From: Nitrospirota bacterium
GTDB taxonomy: Bacteria; Nitrospirota; Thermodesulfovibrionia; Thermodesulfovibrionales; Dissulfurispiraceae
DNA length: 16,223 nucleotides
Direction of reading: 5' to 3'
Assembly: GCA_040754455.1 (NCBI GenBank)
Contig: JBFMCP010000050.1
Location: forward strand, 1-16,223
Part shown: piece after piece, positions 8,213-16,223 of the stretch
Layout: the number at the start of each line of letters is the position of its first letter
Position numbering within the stretch: the first letter of the stretch is position 1
Notes under the pieces: generated by a model
Told to the model about the DNA's origin: nothing
The model's input: only the letters and a program-made list of their open reading frames with translations
The model's database searches: none
Position numbers and translations under genes: made by a program

Positions 8213-8241
8213 TTGCCAAGCACCGGGAACTGCTCTATCAT
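8213..8241 (+). promoter_or_regulatory. Sigma70-type promoter upstream of the IMPase / acyl-transfer operon
   Basis: TTGCCA (8213-8218), 17 nt, TATCAT (8236-8241). Confidence 0.55.
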
Positions 8242-8386
8242 ATCTATATAGAGGGTGTTCACGACAACCATTCTCCGCTTATCCTTTCATCTTTTTCCTG
8301 AGAGCCCTCCCCGGTTGCCTTGTTGAGGGGAACAATTTTTGGTAAGATTACATAACACGTGGTGTGTTGAAAAAAAGGAGCCAGCC

Positions 8387-9175
8387 ATGAAGATCGAGCA
8401 CTTGAGGAAGATCGGAAAGGAACTCTTCTTTGAAATAGGAGAGATGAGGCTGAGGCCCTTTGCCTCTGAGTCCATCGGCAGGGGGGCGGCGGGCGATGCG
8501 ACCTTTCCTATCGATAAGCAGGCGGAAGATATCATCGTCGGCTCTCTTGAGCAGCTCAAGGAGCCCCTGAGCATCATCTCCGAGGAGATGGGCGCCAAGG
8601 GGATTTCGGGGGACGGCAGAATAGCGCTTATCGATCCCATCGACGGCAGCAAGAATGCCATCAACGGCGTTCCCTTCTACTGCTCCTCCATCGCGATTGC
8701 CGACGGCGAAACATTGGGGAGCATATCGCTCGCCTATGTGATCAATCTTTTATCAGGCGATGAGTTCTGGGCCGAACGGGGAGAGGGTGCGTTCTTCAAC
8801 GGTGAGCGCATCGCTACCCAGAAGGACGATCTCTTTTATCTTGTTGCCTATGAGACGCCGCACCCGAGAGAGGACCTGCCCCGGATATTGCCGCTGCTCG
8901 GCGAATCGCGGAGGACCCGCTGCCTCGGCGCTACGGCACTGGACCTTGCCTATCTCGCCTACGGCTCCATCAGCGTTTTCGTTATGCCGTCTCCTTCCCG
9001 GAGCTTTGATTTCGCCGGCGGCTATCTGCTGGTCAAGGAGGCGGGCGGCATAGTGACGGATCTGCAGGGTAATGCCATCGATGAGCGGCAGATCGGTATC
9101 GAGCGGAGTGTTCCGTTGCTTGCCTCGGGAAATCAATCATTGCATGAAAAGGCGTTGAAGCTGCTGAATGGCTGA
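8387..9175 (+). CDS. Inositol monophosphatase family protein (resembles archaeal-type IMPase/FBPase)
   Basis: 'IDKQAE', 'SEE', 'LIDPIDGSKN', 'RTRCLGATALDLAYLA', 'FDFAGGYLLVKEAGGIVTD'. AAGGAG RBS before ATG 8387. Confidence 0.9.
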   Translation: MKIEHLRKIGKELFFEIGEMRLRPFASESIGRGAAGDATFPIDKQAEDIIVGSLEQLKEPLSIISEEMGAKGISGDGRIALIDPIDGSKNAINGVPFYCSSIAIADGETLGSISLAYVINLLSGDEFWAERGEGAFFNGERIATQKDDLFYLVAYETPHPREDLPRILPLLGESRRTRCLGATALDLAYLAYGSISVFVMPSPSRSFDFAGGYLLVKEAGGIVTDLQGNAIDERQIGIERSVPLLASGNQSLHEKALKLLNG

Positions 9176-11789
9176 TACGATCCCCGCGCTCTTCAGGCTA
9201 TCGGCAGAACGATTCAGCGACCGTCGTGCATTCCACTACTTTTCCGGCAGCTCATGGGAGACGATGAGCTATGCCGAATTCTTTGCCCTCTCCGAACGTA
9301 GCGCCGCTTTTCTTTCTCTCCAGGGATTGCGGAGAGGAGACCGCGCCGCTATTATTGCCGAGAACGGACCTGGATGGTGTGCCGCCTACCTGGCGATCGT
9401 GCGATGCGGCGGCATTGCAGTGCCCATCGATATGCAGCTCGGCTCCGGAGAGATCAGGAATCTCCTCCTCGACTCTGAGGCGAAAGCAATACTCTGCAGC
9501 GATAAAACAGCAGCCACTATCCGTGCTGCAACAGACGCCGTTGCAATAAAAATATTCAACATTGATACGGCACCATGGCGCCATGGTGGAACGGAACAGC
9601 AGACTGATGCCCCGGCACTCCGGTGTTCTGTGGCTCCCGACGATATCGCTTCGATTATTTACACCTCCGGCACCACCGGCATGCCGAAAGGGGTGGTGCT
9701 CACCCACCATAATTTTTGTTCCGATGCCGATGCGGTCATCAGGGCCGGCGTCGTCACGCATGATGATAACGTGCTCTCTGTGCTCCCCCTGCATCACACT
9801 TATCCTTTCATGTGCACGTTTCTCGTTCCGCTTTTACTGGGGGCGTCGATCACCTTCAGCCCAGGTCTGAAAGCTGCTGATCTCAGGGCAGCCATAAAGG
9901 ATAAGGGGGTTACCCTGGTGGTCGGCGTGCCGAGGCTCTTTGAGTCGATCAGAAACGGTATTGTCGCAAAAATAAAAGAACGGGGCGCGATCGCAGGCCC
10001 CCTTCTGGCGCTGATGCGGCTGTGCGGCCGGGTGCGAAGGAGCACCGGGCTGAACGTGGGAAAGGTCGTCTTTGCTTCACTCCACCGGAATTTTCCCAAC
10101 GTGAGATTTTTTGCGAGCGGCGGCGCACGGCTCGAACCCTCCCTTATGCACGATCTCGAAGCACTGGGCTTTACGATGGTCGAGGGATACGGCCTCTCGG
10201 AGACTGCGCCGGTTATTACCTTCAACCCTCCGGAAAAAAGAAAGCCCGGCTCTGCCGGGAAACCCCTGCCGGGTGTCGAAATAAGAATAAGCGGAGAGGG
10301 GGAGATCATGGTGAAGGGCCCTATGGTGATGAAGGGCTATTACCGGAACTCTGCGGCAACCGATGCGGTTATCAAGGACGGATGGCTCCTGACCGGAGAC
10401 CTGGGGTATCTTGATCGTGAAGGATATCTCTTCATAACAGGACGGAAAAAAGAGGTGATTGTGCTCAGCTCGGGGAAGAACATCTACCCCGAGGATGTAG
10501 AGAATGCCTATTCGACGATACCGCTCATCAAGGAGCTTTGCGTTGTCGGCAGTGAGCGCGGCGGAAGCATCGATGCGATCCATGCCGTGATCGTTCCTGA
10601 TCTCGATTATGCAAAAAGAGAGTCGATCGGCAATATCACCGAAGCGTTGAGCTGGAGCATAAAAGAGGTCTCGGCGAAGCTTCCTCACTACATGAGGATA
10701 CAGGGTTTTACGCTCTCCTCGGAACCGCTCCCCCGCACTCCGTTGGGCAAGTTGCGGCGCTTTATGGTCAGAGACCTCGTGAAGCGCCGTGAAAAAGAGC
10801 CGCAGCCGGAGCGGAAGGCGGATGAGACGCTGCTCCACGACGAGATAGGGAGGAGTGTGGTGAACAGCATCGTTGCCTTAATGGATGAGAAAGTGCCGGT
10901 GCGCTCGACGGACAGCCTTGAAGTGGACCTCGGTTTTGATTCATTGAAGAAGATAGAATTGATCTCTGCCCTCGAGCATGCCTTTTCCATAGATATCCCT
11001 GATACCTTTATTACCGGGGCGCAGACTGTTGGAGACATTGTTGCTGCATTGAGGGCACATCACGGCGAGGTGACGGGCGGTGTAAGAGAACCGGTGAGCT
11101 GGAAAGATATCCTCGAAAAGGAGCCGTCGCCATCGGACAGGCAAAAGATGGCTGTCGATTACAGCCCTGTCGAGTTGGCTGTCGTCCGCGTCCTTCTCAT
11201 GATCCTGAAGGTGCTCTTCAGGATCGTCTTCCGCCTCGAGGTAAAAGGGGCCGGGCATATACCGGACACCGGCCCTTTCGTGATCGCCCCCAACCATGCC
11301 AGCTATCTCGATGGGTTTGTAGTTGCCGCTGCGCTGCCGTTCGGGACATTTAAAAAGCTTTATTTTCTCGGATTGCAGAAATTTTTTGCCGGCTGGTTTA
11401 CGTCCCGGTTTGCACGACTGGCCCATGTTATTCCGATCGATGCCGAAGTCTACCTCACCAAAGCGTTGCAGTTATCCGCCTACCTGATCAGGAACAACAG
11501 GTCGCTCTGCATCTTCCCCGAAGGCGGCCGCTCATATACCGGAGAGCTTCTTCCCTTTAAGAAGGGGGTGGGTGTCCTGGCGCTGGAGACGGGGGTGCCC
11601 GTTGTTCCCGCATATATCAAAGGAACATATGAGGCACTGCCGCGAGGCTCGCGGTGGATACGGCCGGCACGGATCACCGTGATATTCGGTGAGCCGGTTA
11701 CTGCCGGCCGGCGCGAAGAGGGCGCTGACCGCTATCAGATTTTTGCTGACAGGGTGCGTCAGCGTGTTATGGGGCTATCAAATGATTAA
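9168..11789 (+). CDS. Multidomain long-chain acyl-adenylating enzyme + acyl carrier domain + PlsC-type acyltransferase
   Basis: AMP-binding 'IIYTSGTTGMPKGV', 'GYGLSET', 'TGDLG', 'GRKKEVIV'; phosphopantetheine site 'DLGFDSL'; acyltransferase 'NHASYLD' (HX4D) and 'FPEGGRS'. Confidence 0.92.
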   Translation: MADTIPALFRLSAERFSDRRAFHYFSGSSWETMSYAEFFALSERSAAFLSLQGLRRGDRAAIIAENGPGWCAAYLAIVRCGGIAVPIDMQLGSGEIRNLLLDSEAKAILCSDKTAATIRAATDAVAIKIFNIDTAPWRHGGTEQQTDAPALRCSVAPDDIASIIYTSGTTGMPKGVVLTHHNFCSDADAVIRAGVVTHDDNVLSVLPLHHTYPFMCTFLVPLLLGASITFSPGLKAADLRAAIKDKGVTLVVGVPRLFESIRNGIVAKIKERGAIAGPLLALMRLCGRVRRSTGLNVGKVVFASLHRNFPNVRFFASGGARLEPSLMHDLEALGFTMVEGYGLSETAPVITFNPPEKRKPGSAGKPLPGVEIRISGEGEIMVKGPMVMKGYYRNSAATDAVIKDGWLLTGDLGYLDREGYLFITGRKKEVIVLSSGKNIYPEDVENAYSTIPLIKELCVVGSERGGSIDAIHAVIVPDLDYAKRESIGNITEALSWSIKEVSAKLPHYMRIQGFTLSSEPLPRTPLGKLRRFMVRDLVKRREKEPQPERKADETLLHDEIGRSVVNSIVALMDEKVPVRSTDSLEVDLGFDSLKKIELISALEHAFSIDIPDTFITGAQTVGDIVAALRAHHGEVTGGVREPVSWKDILEKEPSPSDRQKMAVDYSPVELAVVRVLLMILKVLFRIVFRLEVKGAGHIPDTGPFVIAPNHASYLDGFVVAAALPFGTFKKLYFLGLQKFFAGWFTSRFARLAHVIPIDAEVYLTKALQLSAYLIRNNRSLCIFPEGGRSYTGELLPFKKGVGVLALETGVPVVPAYIKGTYEALPRGSRWIRPARITVIFGEPVTAGRREEGADRYQIFADRVRQRVMGLSND

Positions 11790-11845
11790 ATAGCGAAGAG
11801 GACGGCTGCTGTGGTAAAGTTATAGAAACAGGAAAAGGAGTTTTT

Positions 11846-12199
11846 ATGAGCGATTTCAAATACAAACAGTACTCTGACGAGGAAGACAAGATATATAACG
11901 CCGCCATGGAGAAGATACGGCAGGGCATGGAAAACGGCCTGAGCTTCAATGAGGCCTGCAGCACAATCAATGTAAAAGACCATGAATTGAGGGATTTTAT
12001 TGTTGATGACGCTCTCAAAATTAAAATTGCGGAGCTGCATTTCCAGAAGGGACTTCTGCTCCCTGCTGTAGCTGAAACATTAAAGATACCGCTTGCCAAG
12101 ATCCAGACCGCCTATCGGGAGATGCTCGAGGATGTGGGGAATACGGCTGCTGACATGTACCTGATGAACAACCCCGATGGTCCGGTCGGCAATGCCTGA
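11846..12199 (+). CDS. Hypothetical protein, 117 aa, probably helical
   Basis: AAGGAG RBS, TGgTAAAGT extended -10-like element upstream; first gene of a tight four-gene run. Confidence 0.75.
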   Translation: MSDFKYKQYSDEEDKIYNAAMEKIRQGMENGLSFNEACSTINVKDHELRDFIVDDALKIKIAELHFQKGLLLPAVAETLKIPLAKIQTAYREMLEDVGNTAADMYLMNNPDGPVGNA

Positions 12200-12208
12200 T
12201 ATGCGTGC

Positions 12209-12469
12209 ATGAATGAGCAGACAAAACACGTCAAACTCTACGCCCTGAGCACCTGCCCTGTCTGTAAAAGAGTCAGACAGTTCTTGGAGCGCAATGCCAT
12301 TGTGTTCGACTACATCGAAGTGGACCTCCTGGAAAGCGGCGAACAGTGGCTGGCATCGAAGGAAGTAAAGCGATACAACCCTTCGGGCAGCTATCCGACG
12401 GTGGTTGTCGAGGAAGTGATCGCGGGATTCGATGAGGAGGCCCTGAAGAGGGCGCTGGGTATCCCATGA
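12209..12469 (+). CDS. Glutaredoxin/NrdH-like redoxin
   Basis: 'VKLYALSTCPVCKRV' CXXC, cis-Pro motif 'SYPTVVV', 'IAGFDEEAL'. Confidence 0.9.
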   Translation: MNEQTKHVKLYALSTCPVCKRVRQFLERNAIVFDYIEVDLLESGEQWLASKEVKRYNPSGSYPTVVVEEVIAGFDEEALKRALGIP

Positions 12470-12795
12470 CTCCCGAGGAGCTTTATGAGCGGTTGGCACG
12501 CTATGCGGCATCGCAGGGGATCCAGCTCAATAAAGATAGAGCATATGTCTTGGATATCATGCGAGGACTCCTCAAGAATGAGGAACGGTACGGATACCGC
12601 TCCTGTCCCTGCCGTCTCGCCGCAGGCACAAGGGAAAGGGATAATGATATAATATGTCCCTGCGCCTACAGGGACCCTGATCTGAAAGAGTACGGGAGCT
12701 GCTACTGCGGACTCTACGTGACGCAGGAGTGGAATGAGGGATCACGACGGCATCTGAGCGTGCCTGAACGAAGGCCGCCGGAGCGGCATGAATGA
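12466..12795 (+). CDS. Ferredoxin-thioredoxin reductase catalytic-subunit-like protein
   Basis: 'GLLKNEERYGYRSCPCR...DIICPC...G.CYCGLY' gives the CPC/CPC/CxC [4Fe-4S] plus disulfide motif. ATGA overlap with the redoxin gene. Confidence 0.92.
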   Translation: MTPEELYERLARYAASQGIQLNKDRAYVLDIMRGLLKNEERYGYRSCPCRLAAGTRERDNDIICPCAYRDPDLKEYGSCYCGLYVTQEWNEGSRRHLSVPERRPPERHE

Positions 12796-12819
12796 GCAGT
12801 ACGGAGGAGGTTGTAAGCT

Positions 12820-13194
12820 ATGTTATTCAGTGAGCTTCTTTCGCTGAACGATATCAAAAAAGAGCAGTTCGTCATCGATAATATCCGTTGGGACCTTGAG
12901 CCCAAGGACCTGATGGAGCCCCGGACCAAAGTGACGGCAGAGGGGGTAAAGCGCCGGGAGCCGATCAAAGGGTATGTTTTTTATATCGATACGGCGGATG
13001 ATAAGCCGATTCTCTTTCTGATGCGGCACACTGCTGCCGATTATGCGGAGACGCTGGCACGGATCGACGAGATACCACGGGAGCTGCTGGCTGAATCTGT
13101 TGAGGAGAACAAGGCCAGGGCGTATTTCAGAATGTATCCGATCAATAAAAAAGTGGAGGCATGGCTCAAAAAAGAGCTGGGAATAGCAAATTAA
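12820..13194 (+). CDS. Hypothetical protein, possibly DVU0772-family-like
   Basis: GGAGG RBS. 'DNIRWDLEP', 'YVFYID....PILFLMR' and 'ETLARI.EIP' recall the DVU0772-like proteins of sulfate reducers (recollection, unverified). Confidence 0.6.
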   Translation: MLFSELLSLNDIKKEQFVIDNIRWDLEPKDLMEPRTKVTAEGVKRREPIKGYVFYIDTADDKPILFLMRHTAADYAETLARIDEIPRELLAESVEENKARAYFRMYPINKKVEAWLKKELGIAN

Positions 13195-13227
13195 TCGTAG
13201 CTGCACATTTTCGCGGATATTGGTCGG

Positions 13228-13884
13228 TTATGATCTGCCCAACAGCTCTCTGTAGTCCTTCAGTATGGGGAACTCGTGCGAGGGCGCATCCTTTTTCTTC
13301 GAGTTTGCGCCGATCTTCAGGAAGAGATATTTTATGCCGAAGGCCTTGGCGGTCTTGAGCACATTCGCGGTATCATCAACGAAGAGCGACCGCTCTCTGT
13401 CGAATTTCAGCAGTCGCTCTGTTTTTTCCCAGAATTCGATCATCTCTTTGGGATAGCCCATTTCAAAAGAGGTGATGCATCTATCGAAGTATTTTCCTAT
13501 CTGCGTCTTTTTCATTTTTATATCCAGCACCTTGTAATGGGCATTGGTGAGGAGATAGACCTTTTTCTTCTGCTGCTTCATGGCTCTGAGAAAGTCCTCG
13601 ACATGGGGATGCACCTCGATCAGATGGCGGATCTGCTCTTTGAGCGCGGGGATGTCCAGATTGAGCTCCCGCGACCAGAAATCGATATCGGTCCAGTTGA
13701 GGGTGCCTTCGTGGGCCTTGTAGAGCGAGAGCAGCACCTCCTTTGCCTTGCCGAAGGTGATGTTGTGTTTCTCTGCATACCTCTGAGGGACGAGGTGCTC
13801 CCAGAAATAGTCGTCGAAATACCGGTCCAGGAGTGTGCCGTCCATGTCCAGGAGGATGAAATCGATATCCTTGAGCGGAATCAT
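13228..13884 (-). CDS. HAD-family hydrolase, YrfG-like GMP/IMP nucleotidase
   Basis: 'ILLDMDGTLLDRYFDDYFWEHLVPQRY', 'GTLNW..IDFWS..L', 'LLTNAH', 'GYPKE...FW', 'LFVDD'. Confidence 0.88.
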   Translation of the reverse strand: MIPLKDIDFILLDMDGTLLDRYFDDYFWEHLVPQRYAEKHNITFGKAKEVLLSLYKAHEGTLNWTDIDFWSRELNLDIPALKEQIRHLIEVHPHVEDFLRAMKQQKKKVYLLTNAHYKVLDIKMKKTQIGKYFDRCITSFEMGYPKEMIEFWEKTERLLKFDRERSLFVDDTANVLKTAKAFGIKYLFLKIGANSKKKDAPSHEFPILKDYRELLGRS

Positions 13885-14438
13885 TCCTCGCTGCGATACC
13901 AGGAGTGGTCGATATAGTCTTTGGTCCGCTCGTCGACGAGCTCGAGTATGCCCTTGAGTTCTTCAAATATCTCGCTAAAGAGGTCCCCTTCCTCAACATC
14001 TTCGGCGGAGATCGTGTAGGAGTAGGATATTTCGTATTCTTTTGACGGGCCATCACTGGGAAAGACCTCTCTTGTCAGGAGCATCGGCTGGGTATCGGGA
14101 AACTCCTCCTCGATCTCCTCGAGGAGCTCTTCTAAGGCGGGGTGGCGCTCCATGTGGGGGAGCTTTATAATGAAGTCCAGCTCCAGAGAGGTGTCGATGT
14201 CGAGCGCAGCCTCCTCTGACTCGTCTTCGTAGAGGGTGATTCCGGTCTGAAAAGCATCATAGATAAAGGATATCGTGGCCGAAAGGGGATAGGGAGGCTC
14301 CATATGGGGCAGCGTCAGGGAAAACCTGCTCTCCCGATCGAGGGTGAACTGTTCCATGAACACCTGCATGTTGATGATTTCGAGATGATTTTTTGCCGCC
14401 TCCGCGATCTTCATCTGCACTTCTTCAAATCGTATCAT
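13881..14438 (-). CDS. Acidic hypothetical protein, about 185 aa
   Basis: GGAGGGG RBS before ATG 14438; its stop overlaps the HAD start (ATGA); very E/D-rich. Confidence 0.75.
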   Translation of the reverse strand: MIRFEEVQMKIAEAAKNHLEIINMQVFMEQFTLDRESRFSLTLPHMEPPYPLSATISFIYDAFQTGITLYEDESEEAALDIDTSLELDFIIKLPHMERHPALEELLEEIEEEFPDTQPMLLTREVFPSDGPSKEYEISYSYTISAEDVEEGDLFSEIFEELKGILELVDERTKDYIDHSWYRSEE

Positions 14439-14576
14439 GTTCCCCCTCCGAAAACGTCGAGCGCTGTGCGTCAAGCGCCGGGCGAAAAAGCCGCAATAAA
14501 ATAAACGACAATCCTTTGTATGTGGCGCAAAGGCGCCCGATGCTCAACGCATGTTAAAATTATCTGAAATTATACC

Positions 14577-15302
14577 ATGAACGGGAATGGCAAGACGAAT
14601 AAGGTTGCTGTCGTCACCGGTGCGACAGGAGGTCTCGGCAGGCCGATTGCCCTGGCATTCTGGCGGAGCGGCTATCGTGTAGTGATCAATTATGTCCGGT
14701 CCGATCAGGAGGCAAGGGATCTTTTCGCCCTGATGGGTGAGAGGGCAATGGCGGTACGGGCTGATGTGGGCGATTGTGATGAGGTCGCGGCAATGGCCGG
14801 GGCGGTCCGCAGACAATGGGGGGGGGTCGATGTCCTGGTCAATAATGCCGGCATTACCAGAGATGCGCTCCTGATCAAACAGAAAGAGACCGACTGGGAT
14901 GATATTATGAAGACCAATCTCGGCGGCGCCTTTCATATGATCAGGGCCTTTGTACCCCTGATGCACCGTGGAGGGCATGTGGTGAATATCTCTTCCTACT
15001 CGGGGCTGAAGGGGAAGGAAGGGCAGGGGGCCTACAGCGCCTCCAAGGCTGCGCTCCTGGGGCTTACCAAAGCTGCAGCCCATGAATTGGCTGCCCTCGA
15101 TATCCGGGTGAATGCAGTGCTTCCCGGGTACCTGCCGACCTCCATGGGCGAAAAAGCAGCGGCGGCCATGGAGAGAGCGAAAGAGGCAAGTCTCCTGAAC
15201 ACCCTCTCCAACCCCGAGGAAGTCGCCCGATTCATCGTGTATCTTTCAGGGACCACCCATATCACGGGACAGGTTTTCAGCCTCGACAGCAGGATCATAT
15301 AG
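14577..15302 (+). CDS. Short-chain dehydrogenase/reductase, FabG-like 3-oxoacyl-ACP reductase
   Basis: 'VVTGATGGLG', 'LVNNAGITRDALL', 'VNISS', 'YSASKA', 'VNAVLPG', 'ITGQV'. Confidence 0.88.
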   Translation: MNGNGKTNKVAVVTGATGGLGRPIALAFWRSGYRVVINYVRSDQEARDLFALMGERAMAVRADVGDCDEVAAMAGAVRRQWGGVDVLVNNAGITRDALLIKQKETDWDDIMKTNLGGAFHMIRAFVPLMHRGGHVVNISSYSGLKGKEGQGAYSASKAALLGLTKAAAHELAALDIRVNAVLPGYLPTSMGEKAAAAMERAKEASLLNTLSNPEEVARFIVYLSGTTHITGQVFSLDSRII

Positions 15303-15361
15303 AGAGGAATCTCGGCAGCATAATCATACTGAATTAAAATAGTACGGGAGATGGAATAAGA

Positions 15362-16096
15362 ATGCGCTACAAAGGTGTTTTCATAACCGGTACTGATACG
15401 GGTGTCGGGAAGAGCGTTGCTGCTGCCTGCATTATACGGGCGCTCCTGAGGAAAGGGGTAAAGGTCGGGGCGATGAAGCCCATCGAGACCGGCTGCGAAA
15501 ATATTTACGGCAGACTTATGCCGCTGGACGGTACGCTCCTCCGGACCATGGCGGAAATGGATGACCCTGTCGATCTCATTGTCCCCGCTCGCTTTGCCTA
15601 CCCTCTTGCCCCGCTGGTCGCTGCTGAGCTCGAGAAAAAGCCGGTCGATTGTGCTGCGATTATGAATGCTCATACCGCGCTCTCAAGGAAATACGAATTC
15701 CTCGTCGTCGAGGGCGCAGGCGGCCTATTGGTACCCATAACAAAAAAGCAAGGGGCAAGGGGCAAGAGGCAAGAGGTATATTTTATGGAAGACTTGATAA
15801 AGGACTTGCAACTTCCAGTTGTAATCGTTGCCCGCGCAACGCTTGGAACGATAAACCATACGCTCCTCACTGTCGATCATGCAGCGAGCGCGGGGCTCAA
15901 CGTGATCGGAGTGATCATCAACCATTCCTCACCATCGAGGAATAATGATGCCGAGAGGACAACCCCGGTGGTACTGAAAGAACTGTGCCCTGTACCGGTC
16001 CTGGGAGTACTGCCGTATCTCGACAGCATCGCGCCTGGTACGATTGATGAGCTCACCTATATAATCGGAAGCACACTCGTCGATCTTCTCTTTTAA
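15362..16096 (+). CDS. bioD: Dethiobiotin synthase
   Basis: 'FITGTDTGVGKS', 'MKPIETG', 'LVVEGAGGLLVP', 'LGTINHTLLT', 'GVIIN'. Confidence 0.95.
   Translation: MRYKGVFITGTDTGVGKSVAAACIIRALLRKGVKVGAMKPIETGCENIYGRLMPLDGTLLRTMAEMDDPVDLIVPARFAYPLAPLVAAELEKKPVDCAAIMNAHTALSRKYEFLVVEGAGGLLVPITKKQGARGKRQEVYFMEDLIKDLQLPVVIVARATLGTINHTLLTVDHAASAGLNVIGVIINHSSPSRNNDAERTTPVVLKELCPVPVLGVLPYLDSIAPGTIDELTYIIGSTLVDLLF
15748..15775 (+). repeat. Four tandem 7-bp repeats GCAAG(G/A)G inside bioD
   Basis: gcaaggg gcaaggg gcaagag gcaagag, within the 'KQGARGKRQE' segment. Confidence 0.85.
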
Positions 16097-16223
16097 TTCA
16101 ATAGTTTCAAACCTACTGAACAATATGGTTTTTATCTGAAGTTCTGACATGTCTCCATGCATTGTCACTCTGTTGACGTTATAACGGTGATATTTTCCGA
16201 TGCACTCCACAGATTTGCATTGT

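Noticed and set aside
12197..12795. Selenocysteine readthrough at TGA stops in the redox cluster
   Set aside because: All catalytic Cys motifs are complete and the TGA codons fall at natural C-termini.
14475..14576. BirA operator upstream of SDR-bioD
   Set aside because: No TGTAAAC/TGTCAAC...GTTTACA/GTTGACA-type palindrome visible.
16145..16186. Short palindromes (GACATGTC, TGACA-N13-TGTCA, CGTTATAACG) after bioD
   Set aside because: Short, not assignable to a regulator, and the downstream gene is outside the window.
3475..16210. Numerous antisense and alternate-frame ORFs over the core genes (e.g. 3475-4311, 10077-10838, 13276-13917, 15032-15673)
   Set aside because: They overlap well-supported genes and are expected shadows in GC-rich coding DNA.

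Overview
Bacterial genomic DNA. Gene content suggests an anaerobe, possibly Nitrospirota or a deltaproteobacterium-like lineage (inference only). The window has two parts. (1) About 1-3140 is a visibly more AT-rich accessory segment at the 3' end of an initiator tRNA-fMet gene (3142-3218, minus strand). It holds a complete IS5-family element with a frameshifted transposase, inserted into a large helical-repeat gene (about 600-aa C-terminal part, possibly a STAND/Avs-type defence sensor). It also holds a small OB-fold/cold-shock-like gene, three tandem 11-bp repeats and a 13-bp inverted repeat, which together look like the end of a tRNA-integrated genomic island. (2) About 3457-16100 looks like core genome. 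It carries a MacAB-like ABC export operon (adaptor, ATPase, two permeases), an inositol monophosphatase-family gene coupled to an acyl-adenylating enzyme-ACP-acyltransferase fusion, a glutaredoxin / ferredoxin-thioredoxin reductase cluster, a YrfG-like HAD hydrolase, a FabG-like SDR, bioD and several hypotheticals. Short 7-bp tandem repeats occur in an intergenic hairpin and as an in-frame insert inside bioD.
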